Source of the DNA: a virus
DNA length: 64,000 nucleotides
Direction: 5' to 3' (one strand)
IMG/VR virus record: IMGVR_UViG_3300028558_000018
Location: 1-64,000 of that record
The notes below the pieces were generated by a model. That model searched no databases. It saw only the letters and a list, made by a program, of their open reading frames with translations, and was not told the origin of the DNA. Position numbers and translations under genes: made by a program. Positions 41,032 through 49,464 of the stretch are shown piece after piece. How positions within the stretch are numbered: the stretch's first letter is position 1; the number at the start of each line of letters is the position of its first letter.

Positions 41032-41990
41032 TCGTTTTTGATGAGAAATTGTCTAAATTCTTCTTTAGAAACTACTACATTTCTAGAAGAAAACTCATTA
41101 TCTTTAAATTGTGGCGGATTATTTTTAACTGATTGTCCAATAGTATAATATGTCGAATAAGGTTTATTAATATCGGCGACAAAATTCGTGCGCGGCAATT
41201 CTTCCCTGCTAATCATTACTTCATGAAGTTTCTCGTTGGGGCGAGGTTGGCCCAGTTCATACTTTAATCCAAATTCTTCCGCGTAAAGCTCAAAAGAATC
41301 CTTGATTAGATAAGAAGGCAAATTTGGAATAATAACTTCATTTTTATGATGAAGACTTGTTTGAATTAAACCTACCGCATCTTCTACTGTGATAAAGAAC
41401 CTAGTCATTTCTTCTGAAAATAACTTGAGTGTGTAATTATTTCTAATAGCATCCCACATTAATTTCAATTGTGAGCCAGTTGAGCCAGCCACGTTTCCGT
41501 ATCTACATGAAGAAAAAGCAGTCAAATAACTAAGTTTTTTATCGTTTTCTTTGTAAACAAAGGAGGTTTCCGCCGCCGCTTTTAATTGGCCATAGAGGGT
41601 GCTCGGCGCACAAGATTTATCTGACGAGACGAAACACGAAGCTAAAAAGAAACATTCCTTAGATAGTTTTTTAGAGTTAATCGCCCCTTGATAAATTGTT
41701 CGCCCCGCTTCTTCCGCCGCGTCATCACAAGCTTCGATTTGTTTGAGTGAGGCGCAGAATATTCCAATATTACAATTATATTCAATCGCAACCTGCTTCA
41801 TCCTTTCGTAATTATAAACATCTCCAATTTCACAAATAATATTAGGAAATTGTTTTTTCAAAAAATAATGTTTGGCTTCGTCGCGAGAGTAAACAACTAT
41901 CTGATTATCTTGATATAGTTTTTTAATAATCGCTCGCCCAAGATAGCCCGCGCCGCCAGTAATGAAAATTCGTTTATTGCTTAAAATCAT
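41019..41990 (-). CDS. UDP-GlcNAc 4,6-dehydratase (PseB/FlaA1/CapD-type SDR)
   Basis: TGGAGYLG, YSRDEAK, SSDKS..P..YG..K, RYGNV.GS.GS, MTRF, RPNEKLHE. Confidence 0.85.
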   Translation of the reverse strand: MILSNKRIFITGGAGYLGRAIIKKLYQDNQIVVYSRDEAKHYFLKKQFPNIICEIGDVYNYERMKQVAIEYNCNIGIFCASLKQIEACDDAAEEAGRTIYQGAINSKKLSKECFFLASCFVSSDKSCAPSTLYGQLKAAAETSFVYKENDKKLSYLTAFSSCRYGNVAGSTGSQLKLMWDAIRNNYTLKLFSEEMTRFFITVEDAVGLIQTSLHHKNEVIIPNLPSYLIKDSFELYAEEFGLKYELGQPRPNEKLHEVMISREELPRTNFVADINKPYSTYYTIGQSVKNNPPQFKDNEFSSRNVVVSKEEFRQFLIKNDWFR

Positions 41991-41996
41991 TATTTT

Positions 41997-42416
41997 TTAA
42001 AGTTTTGTATTTTCGAATATATTCCCGATAATTTCCATGCTTTTTACCGAATTAAAAGTAAAATCTAGTGGAATACTTGGCTCCTCGCTAACCAACGTAA
42101 ATCTAAATTCCGGCGCGGCATATTCTATTTTGCAAATTTGTTCGCCCGCTCTGCCCATGTCACATTTGAGAATATCACCCTCATAAACTTCCTTTTTGTT
42201 CTTATCTTTCAGACCAATAAATTGTTGATAAATAATTCGCCCTCCGAAGGCTGGCCCCAGCGGGTTGTTAGGATAAAAAAATGTCATATCCTCCATATCA
42301 TCTTGGTCTGGACAATCCCAACAGTCAGAGTCCAACATATATTCATCACATGGAACTTGGTCTAGCCATTTTTTGTTTTTATTATCCCATGCGCGAAATT
42401 TAATTTCTCTATTCAT
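41997..42416 (-). CDS. YopX family protein (copy 5)
   Basis: REIKFRAWD...QQFIGLKDKNKKEVYEGDIL...EIIGNIFEN. Confidence 0.85.
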   Translation of the reverse strand: MNREIKFRAWDNKNKKWLDQVPCDEYMLDSDCWDCPDQDDMEDMTFFYPNNPLGPAFGGRIIYQQFIGLKDKNKKEVYEGDILKCDMGRAGEQICKIEYAAPEFRFTLVSEEPSIPLDFTFNSVKSMEIIGNIFENTKL

Positions 42417-42446
42417 AATAAAAAATATTCTTATGTTTGCCCACTC

Positions 42447-43256
42447 TTAGTCAATATTAATCGGAGAAAACGCATTTATTTCTCGATTAAAATCTAACCA
42501 GTGATAGCCCGTGGAATCAATAAAATGTTGGATACCATTGTTACTTCTGTAACTTGCTGATTGTCTTTTGTTTGTTAAACTTATCGCATGGTAAACACAT
42601 AAGTCCTTGAGAGTCACAAACTTATAATCATTCTTTAGTTGCTTTAGTCTCCAAGGGAAAAAGTTATCCAAACTATACCCACTTGACCACCTCATATCGA
42701 AGTTATTTGAATATCCGCCCACCGCAAGATAGTCTTTAAAATTAGTCACAATAGGATGATTATAGCCCACGATATTATTATTTAATTTCCATTTTCCTTG
42801 GGCGACCCCTTCGTTAAACTTAATTTCCGTATTGGGATCGGTATAATCGCCCAAATTTTCTACAATGACTAATGGATTGCCCGTTCCGTAGGGTTCTAAA
42901 AGAAATAAACTTTGCGTAATATTTTTGTTTCGCGCCGCATTGTTAATTACTTGAGCGTCCCACCCTTTAGGAAGCAACATATCGTTATTACAATTAACGT
43001 GTAATTCACTATCAATTAGAGGATTCGCATAATCTACCGACATTGGGCCGATATTATCCTCGCGAAGAATAAAATCAAATTTATCGCTATATTGGAGTTT
43101 GAATTCGTTAACTAGAATCTCGTCTTCTTTGGAATATTCATTAACGACAACAATCAGGCGCGAATCTTCTGAAAAAGATGCTATTGCGTTGGGAATGAAT
43201 GTTTTAAGCAAATCTGTGCCATGCCATGACGGGGCGACGAGAGTGAGACTATTCAT
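42447..43256 (-). CDS. glycosyltransferase family 2-like
   Basis: LVAPSW, NNDMLL, VGGY, VYHA. Confidence 0.7.
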   Translation of the reverse strand: MNSLTLVAPSWHGTDLLKTFIPNAIASFSEDSRLIVVVNEYSKEDEILVNEFKLQYSDKFDFILREDNIGPMSVDYANPLIDSELHVNCNNDMLLPKGWDAQVINNAARNKNITQSLFLLEPYGTGNPLVIVENLGDYTDPNTEIKFNEGVAQGKWKLNNNIVGYNHPIVTNFKDYLAVGGYSNNFDMRWSSGYSLDNFFPWRLKQLKNDYKFVTLKDLCVYHAISLTNKRQSASYRSNNGIQHFIDSTGYHWLDFNREINAFSPINID

Positions 43257-43711
43257 TTGGTTAGTAATTCTGGATTTTCAAAAATATTACCAATTACCTC
43301 TACTAGAATTTTGGTTCCTAGAACGCCCACATTAAAATCTAGAGGCATTTTTTGGCAGTCATCATATAAAATGTTGGAAAAGGCAAAATATGAATTAAAA
43401 TAAATAACACTAGACCGGTCCTCATGCCCTCGGTCATCTTTATCTTCTATGGATCGGATATAATATTTTATGATATCGCCTTCGTAAATATCTTTCCCGT
43501 TAACATCTTTTGACCCTGTAAATTGTTGGACCTTAATATCTTCTATTTTATAATCCCCCTGAGTAAGCCACAAATTATCTTCTTTATCTTTAGATATAAA
43601 CCCAACCAGCCCATTATTAGTGTCCGCGCCCTCTATCACCCCAATAATCCAATCTTGGATAAATTTATTTCTTTTACGATTCCACACTCTAAATTTAATT
43701 TCTCTGTTCAT
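43253..43711 (-). CDS. YopX family protein (copy 6)
   Basis: REIKFRVW...QQFTGSKDVNGKDIYEGDII...EVIGNIFENPELL. Confidence 0.85.
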   Translation of the reverse strand: MNREIKFRVWNRKRNKFIQDWIIGVIEGADTNNGLVGFISKDKEDNLWLTQGDYKIEDIKVQQFTGSKDVNGKDIYEGDIIKYYIRSIEDKDDRGHEDRSSVIYFNSYFAFSNILYDDCQKMPLDFNVGVLGTKILVEVIGNIFENPELLTK

Positions 43712-43717
43712 AATATT

Positions 43718-44521
43718 TTAAAGTTTTCTTCCTAGCGGAAGCCAAGGTTTACGAATTTCTTCCGCGCTAATCGGTAAATTAACAGGTCTACCATCTTCGA
43801 TTTCCCACATTTTGGACCAAAAATTCTTATTAATTTCAGCGCGCCGATCTAAATCTTTATATCCATGATGCACGATAAACGGCGATTGACTGTCTTGAAT
43901 CTTCCACCAATCCATAAGGGCCATGTTGTTATTGGGAACAATTTGAACAGATTTTACTAGCCGATTATTCTCATCTAACAACTCGCAACTGTCAGAAGCC
44001 CCATCACCATGAATTTTATGCGTTCCATCGGGACGTTTCGCGAAATCAACAACGCCGCGTTTTAATCCACGCTTATGCAAATACCATTTATAGGTAATAT
44101 CACTAAAATGCTCGTCGTCTTTGTAAAGATTAATTGACGGCAGCATGATACAGGAAAAACTTGATGATTCTAATAGCAACTGCAAATAATATTCCCACGC
44201 GGCGCGATCTGTAATACCTAATCTCTCGTCTCCGTCAAGTTGAAGAAGAATGTTACCACTACATTTTTGTAGTGCGGCGTCTTTTAGCGCACCGTCAAAA
44301 GTTGGCTTATCAGGAGTAAGTTCTGTAAGTAAAATTTCCACATTTGGGAACTTTTTCGCGGCAGATTTTAACAATTTTGCGCTATTATCAGAATCTTTAA
44401 TAGTTGAGATGATAACTTCATCGGCGAAAGCCGCAACGTGAGCGATAAAATCTTTATAGTCGAATTTATTAGATTTTACGTTAAATAACGAAGAATAGAT
44501 GCTTAATTTTACTTGTGGCAT
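43718..44521 (-). CDS. glycosyltransferase family 2-like
   Basis: FADEVII..DSD, KDAALQKC, LDGDER, IVHHGY. Confidence 0.75.
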   Translation of the reverse strand: MPQVKLSIYSSLFNVKSNKFDYKDFIAHVAAFADEVIISTIKDSDNSAKLLKSAAKKFPNVEILLTELTPDKPTFDGALKDAALQKCSGNILLQLDGDERLGITDRAAWEYYLQLLLESSSFSCIMLPSINLYKDDEHFSDITYKWYLHKRGLKRGVVDFAKRPDGTHKIHGDGASDSCELLDENNRLVKSVQIVPNNNMALMDWWKIQDSQSPFIVHHGYKDLDRRAEINKNFWSKMWEIEDGRPVNLPISAEEIRKPWLPLGRKL

Positions 44522-44892
44522 AGCTTATTTATGTGATTCAATCCAATTATCTAATAATTTCTCGAAATCTTTATCTTCGAGAGTCCACAAACCGATTCTA
44601 TTTGGACCTTTTTGGGTAAACATAAGATTTTCGATGAGTTGGCCAAATCTTTGTTGATCAATTTTATCCTGTGTCCAGATTTTTTCTAATTTTTCCAAAA
44701 ATGGCCGGATTCTGGCCGGGTCGCGGCCCAATTTAGGTTGATTTAACATAGTCCAAAAGTTCATTCCATTCTTTGCGCCAAGACTCGAAACCTTCTTGTT
44801 CCGACTGAGGAATCTCACCAATCAGTTCTTCCATTTGTGCTTGCGCGGCGATTTCGGCCTCGATAAAGGCAATTGCGTTGAGTTTGTCCATA

Positions 44893-45264
44893 TTAAGAAA
44901 TATTTTTGCCTTCCACATTACGCTTTTTACGGTCATTTGTTCGTTTCTCAAGCCATAAAAGCGCGGAATCGAGGTGTGTGAGCGCAACGGAGTTTTCGCG
45001 ACAAGGAAATTTACCATTGAGGTAATTTAGACGATTAATAAGAATTTCTAGTAATTCTTCGTTAGTTGTGCCATCATTAACTGTTTCAAGTTCGGTGGAA
45101 CTTGCATTCGTTGGAGAGCCATTTGGATTCGCTTGCGACCAGACTTTAACGTAATCTCCATTGTCAACTTTTGGGCGTTTTTCAATAAATTGAATGGTTT
45201 GACCGTTATTTTTGTCTTCAAAATTAGCGGCGATGTATTTGTGACCTTCTGTTAGGATTTTCAT
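44893..45264 (-). CDS. tad1: Tad1-like anti-defence signal sponge (anti-Thoeris/anti-CBASS)
   Basis: C-terminal half GTTNEELLEILINRL...FPCRENSVALTHLDSALLWLEKRTNDRKKRNVEG follows the Tad1 pattern (G...DLLEIV.DRL...F.SRENA.ALTH.EEALMW...R..DR..RNV.G), as recalled from memory. Confidence 0.8.
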   Translation of the reverse strand: MKILTEGHKYIAANFEDKNNGQTIQFIEKRPKVDNGDYVKVWSQANPNGSPTNASSTELETVNDGTTNEELLEILINRLNYLNGKFPCRENSVALTHLDSALLWLEKRTNDRKKRNVEGKNIS

Positions 45265-45280
45265 AGTTATTTTTATTAAT

Positions 45281-45354
45281 TGGCAGGAATATTTAGAATT
45301 GAACTAAAACTTAGCGGGTCAAAGCCGCTCGTGCAGCCGTTACACTATACTCCA
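45281..45354 (-). tRNA. tRNA-Gln (anticodon UUG), CCA encoded
   Basis: cloverleaf: D-arm GTGTAACGGCTGCAC, anticodon arm AGCGG-CTTTGAC-CCGCT, T-arm TTTAG-TTCAATT-CTAAA, 3' GCCA. Confidence 0.9.
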
Positions 45355-45370
45355 AAAAATTGATTCATAT

Positions 45371-45568
45371 TTAGATACTAACCGTTTCTGCGTTTTCTGC
45401 CAAATCTTTTTCTAATCTTTGTTTAATTAGTTGTTGAGACTCATTCTCAAAATCAAGTATTAGCATAGGAATCACTGTTTCAAAGGCTTTTACATAAATC
45501 GAACATTTATCCGCTTTGGAATGAACGACGTATTCCACTTTAGAACCATAATTAGTTTTTAACTGCAT
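45371..45568 (-). CDS. hypothetical protein, first gene of the leftward transcript
   Basis: ATG 35 nt downstream of TTGACT. Confidence 0.6.
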   Translation of the reverse strand: MQLKTNYGSKVEYVVHSKADKCSIYVKAFETVIPMLILDFENESQQLIKQRLEKDLAENAETVSI

Positions 45569-45594
45569 AAGATGATATATTTATTTTGTTTAAT

Positions 45595-45620
45595 ATAAGT
45601 CAAGATTTTTCTTGACTTAT
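45595..45620. promoter_or_regulatory. palindromic back-to-back -35 boxes (divergent promoter at the strand switch)
   Basis: perfect 11-bp inverted repeat ATAAGTCAAGA-tttt-TCTTGACTTAT, each arm containing TTGACT. Confidence 0.7.
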
Positions 45621-45648
45621 TTAATTCATTTTTCGTTTATCATCAATT

Positions 45649-46251
45649 ATGAATCTTTATAAAGACTACCCAGAATATCTTAAATCATTACATTGGAAAA
45701 ACTTAAATAGCTCTATTAGAGCGCGGGCCAATTATAAATGTGAGATTTGTTCCGGTCAAGATAAACCCGTTCCGTGCGACGAAGTTCATCATATTAATTA
45801 CCGCAATTGGATTGATGTTTTAGATAGTGATTTGATTGCGGTTTGTGAGTCATGCCATTGTAAAATTCATGAAGCGATAAAATCGGGATATATTAATCAA
45901 GATAACAAAGGGTCTAAAGAAAATACCATAGAGGGGCTTGTCAATTTTCAAAAGAATGGCCCGAAACTTTCTAGAGAAAAAAGAACTACTTATTATTTTA
46001 ACCAAAAATTAATAGATAAGATGAATGACGCCAATTACATGGCAAAATTAAAAATAAAGGGGATTTTAAAGGTTTCAACGACAGATTTTTCCTATCTTTT
46101 GGGAAAAAGCGTTAGAAAGTCTATCTATTTTAGAATTTTACGAGCTTCCAGTTTCGAAGTTCCTTATAGAAAGAGCTTTATAGATATAATGAAGAGACAT
46201 AAAGATACTTTGTATTGGCCGAAAGAAGAGGGTAAAAAGAGAAAAATTTGA
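45649..46251 (+). CDS. HNH endonuclease with basic C-terminal extension
   Basis: YLKSLHWK...CEIC...VHHINY...LIAVCESCHCKIH. Confidence 0.8.
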   Translation: MNLYKDYPEYLKSLHWKNLNSSIRARANYKCEICSGQDKPVPCDEVHHINYRNWIDVLDSDLIAVCESCHCKIHEAIKSGYINQDNKGSKENTIEGLVNFQKNGPKLSREKRTTYYFNQKLIDKMNDANYMAKLKIKGILKVSTTDFSYLLGKSVRKSIYFRILRASSFEVPYRKSFIDIMKRHKDTLYWPKEEGKKRKI

Positions 46252-46276
46252 CAAAATCTAATCATTTACATATCAT
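46248..46276 (+). promoter_or_regulatory. sigma70-type promoter TTGACA-17-TATCAT
   Basis: near-consensus; no long plus-strand ORF follows. Confidence 0.65.
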
Positions 46277-46282
46277 CATATG

Positions 46283-46820
46283 TTCCCTCATTTGCGGACT
46301 GATTTTCGAATCCGCCGTAGTTACCTTTAAAAAATGAGCAAAATATTATCCTATCACGGATTTTTTGACAATTTGGTATCCATTCCAGAATAAGAAAAAT
46401 CTTTCCCTTAGCTATAAAACCAGAGCGAGTAACCCTAGAAATGGGCCGAAAGACTGGTTTTAATTTTATACGAATACACACCCAAATATAAAGTTCTTTC
46501 ATAACTCATATTGATAGGTTTTCATCCGTAGGCTCTGATTCGAAGGCATCAACCTAGAAAGTGAATTGTAAAATTCATGGAGATGTAGACAAAAGCTAAT
46601 ATACCCATTGAGGCATCCGAATGGGGCGTAATTTATTGCGTAATAGCGAGTAGTCAGGGTAATACTAACGCATTGTGGTATACATAGGGGAGAAACGAAA
46701 ACTAATACGCGGGCGGAATCACTTAAGCCGAACGCTTCAATTGGGTTGCCAAATATGGCCAAATCCTGTTATAAAATACAGGATAAGCCTTCGGCTTGGG
46801 TTCCAAGGGGAGATTTGTTA
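46283..46820 (+). ncRNA. candidate large structured non-coding RNA
   Basis: own promoter, no long sense ORF, multiple hairpins including GNRA and UUCG-type loops. Confidence 0.5.
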
Positions 46821-46980
46821 TAAACTTTTTCTCTAAATAAATCCTTTCTAAAGCGTAGTGAAACGAAGCTTGAAGGAATTCTTCTGAACGAAGTGAAGAA
46901 AATTACTTCAAATAGATACTATAGTGAATTATCATTTAGAGGATATCTGCCGCGAAATTTAATAATAGTTGATTATAGTC

Positions 46981-47009
46981 TTGACAAAAATGATATAAGC
47001 GATTAGTAT
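46981..47009 (+). promoter_or_regulatory. sigma70-type promoter TTGACA-17-TAGTAT, ATG 7 nt downstream (leaderless)
   Basis: identical architecture at 51938 and 58423. Confidence 0.7.
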
Positions 47010-47016
47010 CTTCTAA

Positions 47017-47289
47017 ATGCTAGTTATATTTCCATTAGTCGTTTACTTCTTTTTCTGGTTAATTAACCATTCGGAGGGAATTTCTCCATATGTGAAACTT
47101 CATACGGAATTCTTGCCCGCGAAAATTCAATATGCGTTATCTTGCCCCGCGTGCTTTTCCTTCTGGAGCACGTTATTTATAATTTTCGGTTCTCAATATC
47201 CGTATTATTTAATTTGCACAACGCCCGTGCTTACAATGTTTTTAAATTTAACCTATCTAAAACTTTCTCAAAATAATGATAATCAATAA
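47017..47289 (+). CDS. small membrane protein (CPACFSFW, DUF1360-like)
   Basis: hydrophobic, CxxC.SFW motif. Confidence 0.55.
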   Translation: MLVIFPLVVYFFFWLINHSEGISPYVKLHTEFLPAKIQYALSCPACFSFWSTLFIIFGSQYPYYLICTTPVLTMFLNLTYLKLSQNNDNQ

Positions 47290-47860
47290 CTTGGACGACA
47301 CGACTTTAATCAATAATGTTCGAGAGGGAATTCAACTCAACGAATCCACAAAAGAGCTAATTCACCGTCACAGTGGCGTTTATTTCAAAGTCGCCTCACA
47401 ATTCAAAAGCAACCCCAATGTTAATTTCAACGACGTAATCGACAACAAAGACTTCAATATTTATCACGCCGCGCTTAATTACGATTCTTCGCGGGGCACT
47501 TTTTGTAATTTAGTTGGCCAAATGGCTCGTTATGAGTGCTTAAAACATATTCAGAGTAAAAAAACTGAAAAAATTAAGACTATTGAGATTGATTCTCAAG
47601 AAGAGTATTTCGCGCCGCCCGTTTCAGAAGACAATGTGGTTAGCAATGTGGGTCTTAACGAAACATATGAAACTATTGACGAAGTTTTGTCCCATTTCGA
47701 TAAAGAAACTCGGGCAATTTTCTCCCAACGAATTAATGGAGATAAAGGGCGAGTGTCTTGGAGAGATTTAAAAGATCGCAGTAATTACTCTCATGAATCG
47801 CTTAGAACAAAAAATAAAAAGATTATTAACAAATTGAAAGAGAAACTGCAAGTTGCCTAA
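47276..47860 (+). CDS. phage RNA polymerase sigma factor (sigma70 family)
   Basis: region 2 (IYHAALNYDSSRGTF..LVGQMARYECL) and region 4 HTH (SWRDL...SHESLR...IINKLK). Confidence 0.75.
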   Translation: MIINNLDDTTLINNVREGIQLNESTKELIHRHSGVYFKVASQFKSNPNVNFNDVIDNKDFNIYHAALNYDSSRGTFCNLVGQMARYECLKHIQSKKTEKIKTIEIDSQEEYFAPPVSEDNVVSNVGLNETYETIDEVLSHFDKETRAIFSQRINGDKGRVSWRDLKDRSNYSHESLRTKNKKIINKLKEKLQVA

Positions 47861-47866
47861 TTTATT

Positions 47867-48964
47867 ATGAATAAACCACTTACATTTGATACCGCCGTAA
47901 ATAATTTGAGCTTCGGCTTCGTCGGATTCAATATTATTAAAGAATTATATCGCCGCGAATATCCCGTAAATATTCTCGCAAAGGGCGGGTCGCTTGATTT
48001 TTCTAGCTTCGATAAAGCCTCCGATGAATTAAAAAATAAAATTCGTTCAAATGCCCAAAATTTCTTTTCTTCGTTTAACCGTAATAATCCAACCCTTCAG
48101 ACGTGGCACATAAACGGCAGCGAGTCCCATGTAGGCGCGAAAAATAACCTCCTAACGTTTTTTGAGCTAGACCAACTCACCCCCAGCGAAACCAATATTC
48201 TCAATAATCATCACCAAATTTTCGTCACAAATGAAGAGGCTCGCCAAACTTTTCTCGATTATGGAGTAGAACGCCCCGTTTATAATATTCCCCTTGGGTT
48301 CGATAAAGACCAATTTTTCGCCACAGGTAAAAAATATCTAAGTAACGATACCACCGTTTGGGCTATTAATGGTAAATTTGAAAAACGGAAGAAAACATTG
48401 GAAACGGCGCGGCTCTGGTTAAAGAAATATGGTAACAATCGTAATCATCGGCTGCATCTCCATGTTTATAACCCCTTTTTTAGCAAAGAACAGAACCAAC
48501 AGCTTTTGGCTCAAATCTTTGAAAACAAGGAATACTGGAATGTTTCGTCCTTTCACTATACAACTACCCTCAGTGAACTTAACGATGCCTATAACTGTGC
48601 AAATATCGTCATCGATATGAGTGGTGGCGAAGGTTGGTCGCTACCAAGTTTTCACATGACAGGACTAGGCAAACATGCAATTGTTCTTAACTCTACTGGA
48701 ATTAAAGAATGGGCGATAGAAGATAATGCCGTGCTTGTTCAACCTAACGGAAAAGAAGATGCCGAAGATAAGGTTTTCTTTCACAAGGGGCAGTTATTTA
48801 ATCAGGGTAATTTTTACACCTTTGATTCTAATGAATTCAGCGATAAACTTGATATCGTTCTCAAAAGAAGTCTTGCTTCGAGAGTTAATAGCGCGGGCCT
48901 AGAGATTCAAAATAAATTCACTTGGCAAAATACTGTTGATCAATTACTTGCACATATTTCTTAA
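47867..48964 (+). CDS. glycosyltransferase family 4
   Basis: IPLGFD, GKFEKRK, SGGEGWSLP, FTWQNT. Confidence 0.85.
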   Translation: MNKPLTFDTAVNNLSFGFVGFNIIKELYRREYPVNILAKGGSLDFSSFDKASDELKNKIRSNAQNFFSSFNRNNPTLQTWHINGSESHVGAKNNLLTFFELDQLTPSETNILNNHHQIFVTNEEARQTFLDYGVERPVYNIPLGFDKDQFFATGKKYLSNDTTVWAINGKFEKRKKTLETARLWLKKYGNNRNHRLHLHVYNPFFSKEQNQQLLAQIFENKEYWNVSSFHYTTTLSELNDAYNCANIVIDMSGGEGWSLPSFHMTGLGKHAIVLNSTGIKEWAIEDNAVLVQPNGKEDAEDKVFFHKGQLFNQGNFYTFDSNEFSDKLDIVLKRSLASRVNSAGLEIQNKFTWQNTVDQLLAHIS

Positions 48965-49022
48965 TGATTTACCGTTGTTTAATCTTAACGCCCGCGTTAA
49001 TAATTCACGATAGACAATAAAA

Positions 49023-49049
49023 TTTCACTTTTTTATCAATTTAGGGTAA
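49023..49049 (+). promoter_or_regulatory. putative phage-sigma promoter TTTCAC-N15-GGGTAA
   Basis: recurrent motif. Confidence 0.55.
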
Positions 49050-49068
49050 TTTAATCAAGGAATAAGGT

Positions 49069-49458
49069 ATGCCAAATTATTTGTATCAACATCCCGAAAC
49101 GGAAGAAACGATTGAATTGTTTCAGCACATGGACGAGCCGCACAACTATGTTGATGAATCTGGTCAACTATGGAATAGAATCTTCACAATTCCTAATGCC
49201 GCAAGCAATACTGCCAAAATTGATATTTATTCCGCTAAAGATTTTTCGCGGAGAACCGCTGATAAAAAAATGACCTTCGGCGAGGCATGGGACGAATCCG
49301 CCCGCTTATCTGCTGCTAGAGAAGAGAAAGAAGGGGTAAATCGTGATCCTGTGAAATTGGCGCACTTCGATAACTATTCAAAAACTCGCAAGGGGCTTAA
49401 ACATCATCTGGATACGCGCCCACAAGTTGTTCTTAAAAGAGCCAAGAAGAAAAAGTAA
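49069..49458 (+). CDS. FmdB-like ribbon protein (Cys-less variant)
   Basis: MPNYLYQHPETEETIELFQHM...WNRIFT.P. Confidence 0.55.
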   Translation: MPNYLYQHPETEETIELFQHMDEPHNYVDESGQLWNRIFTIPNAASNTAKIDIYSAKDFSRRTADKKMTFGEAWDESARLSAAREEKEGVNRDPVKLAHFDNYSKTRKGLKHHLDTRPQVVLKRAKKKK

Positions 49459-49464
49459 TCTCTC

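Noticed and set aside
5790-43711. Diversity-generating retroelement acting on YopX copies
   Set aside because: No reverse transcriptase in the window and no TR/VR pair differing only at adenines
46266-46762. Minus-strand ORFs of 78 and 87 aa
   Set aside because: Atypical composition, opposite to local transcription and overlapping a hairpin-rich promoter-driven region; not excluded but unsupported
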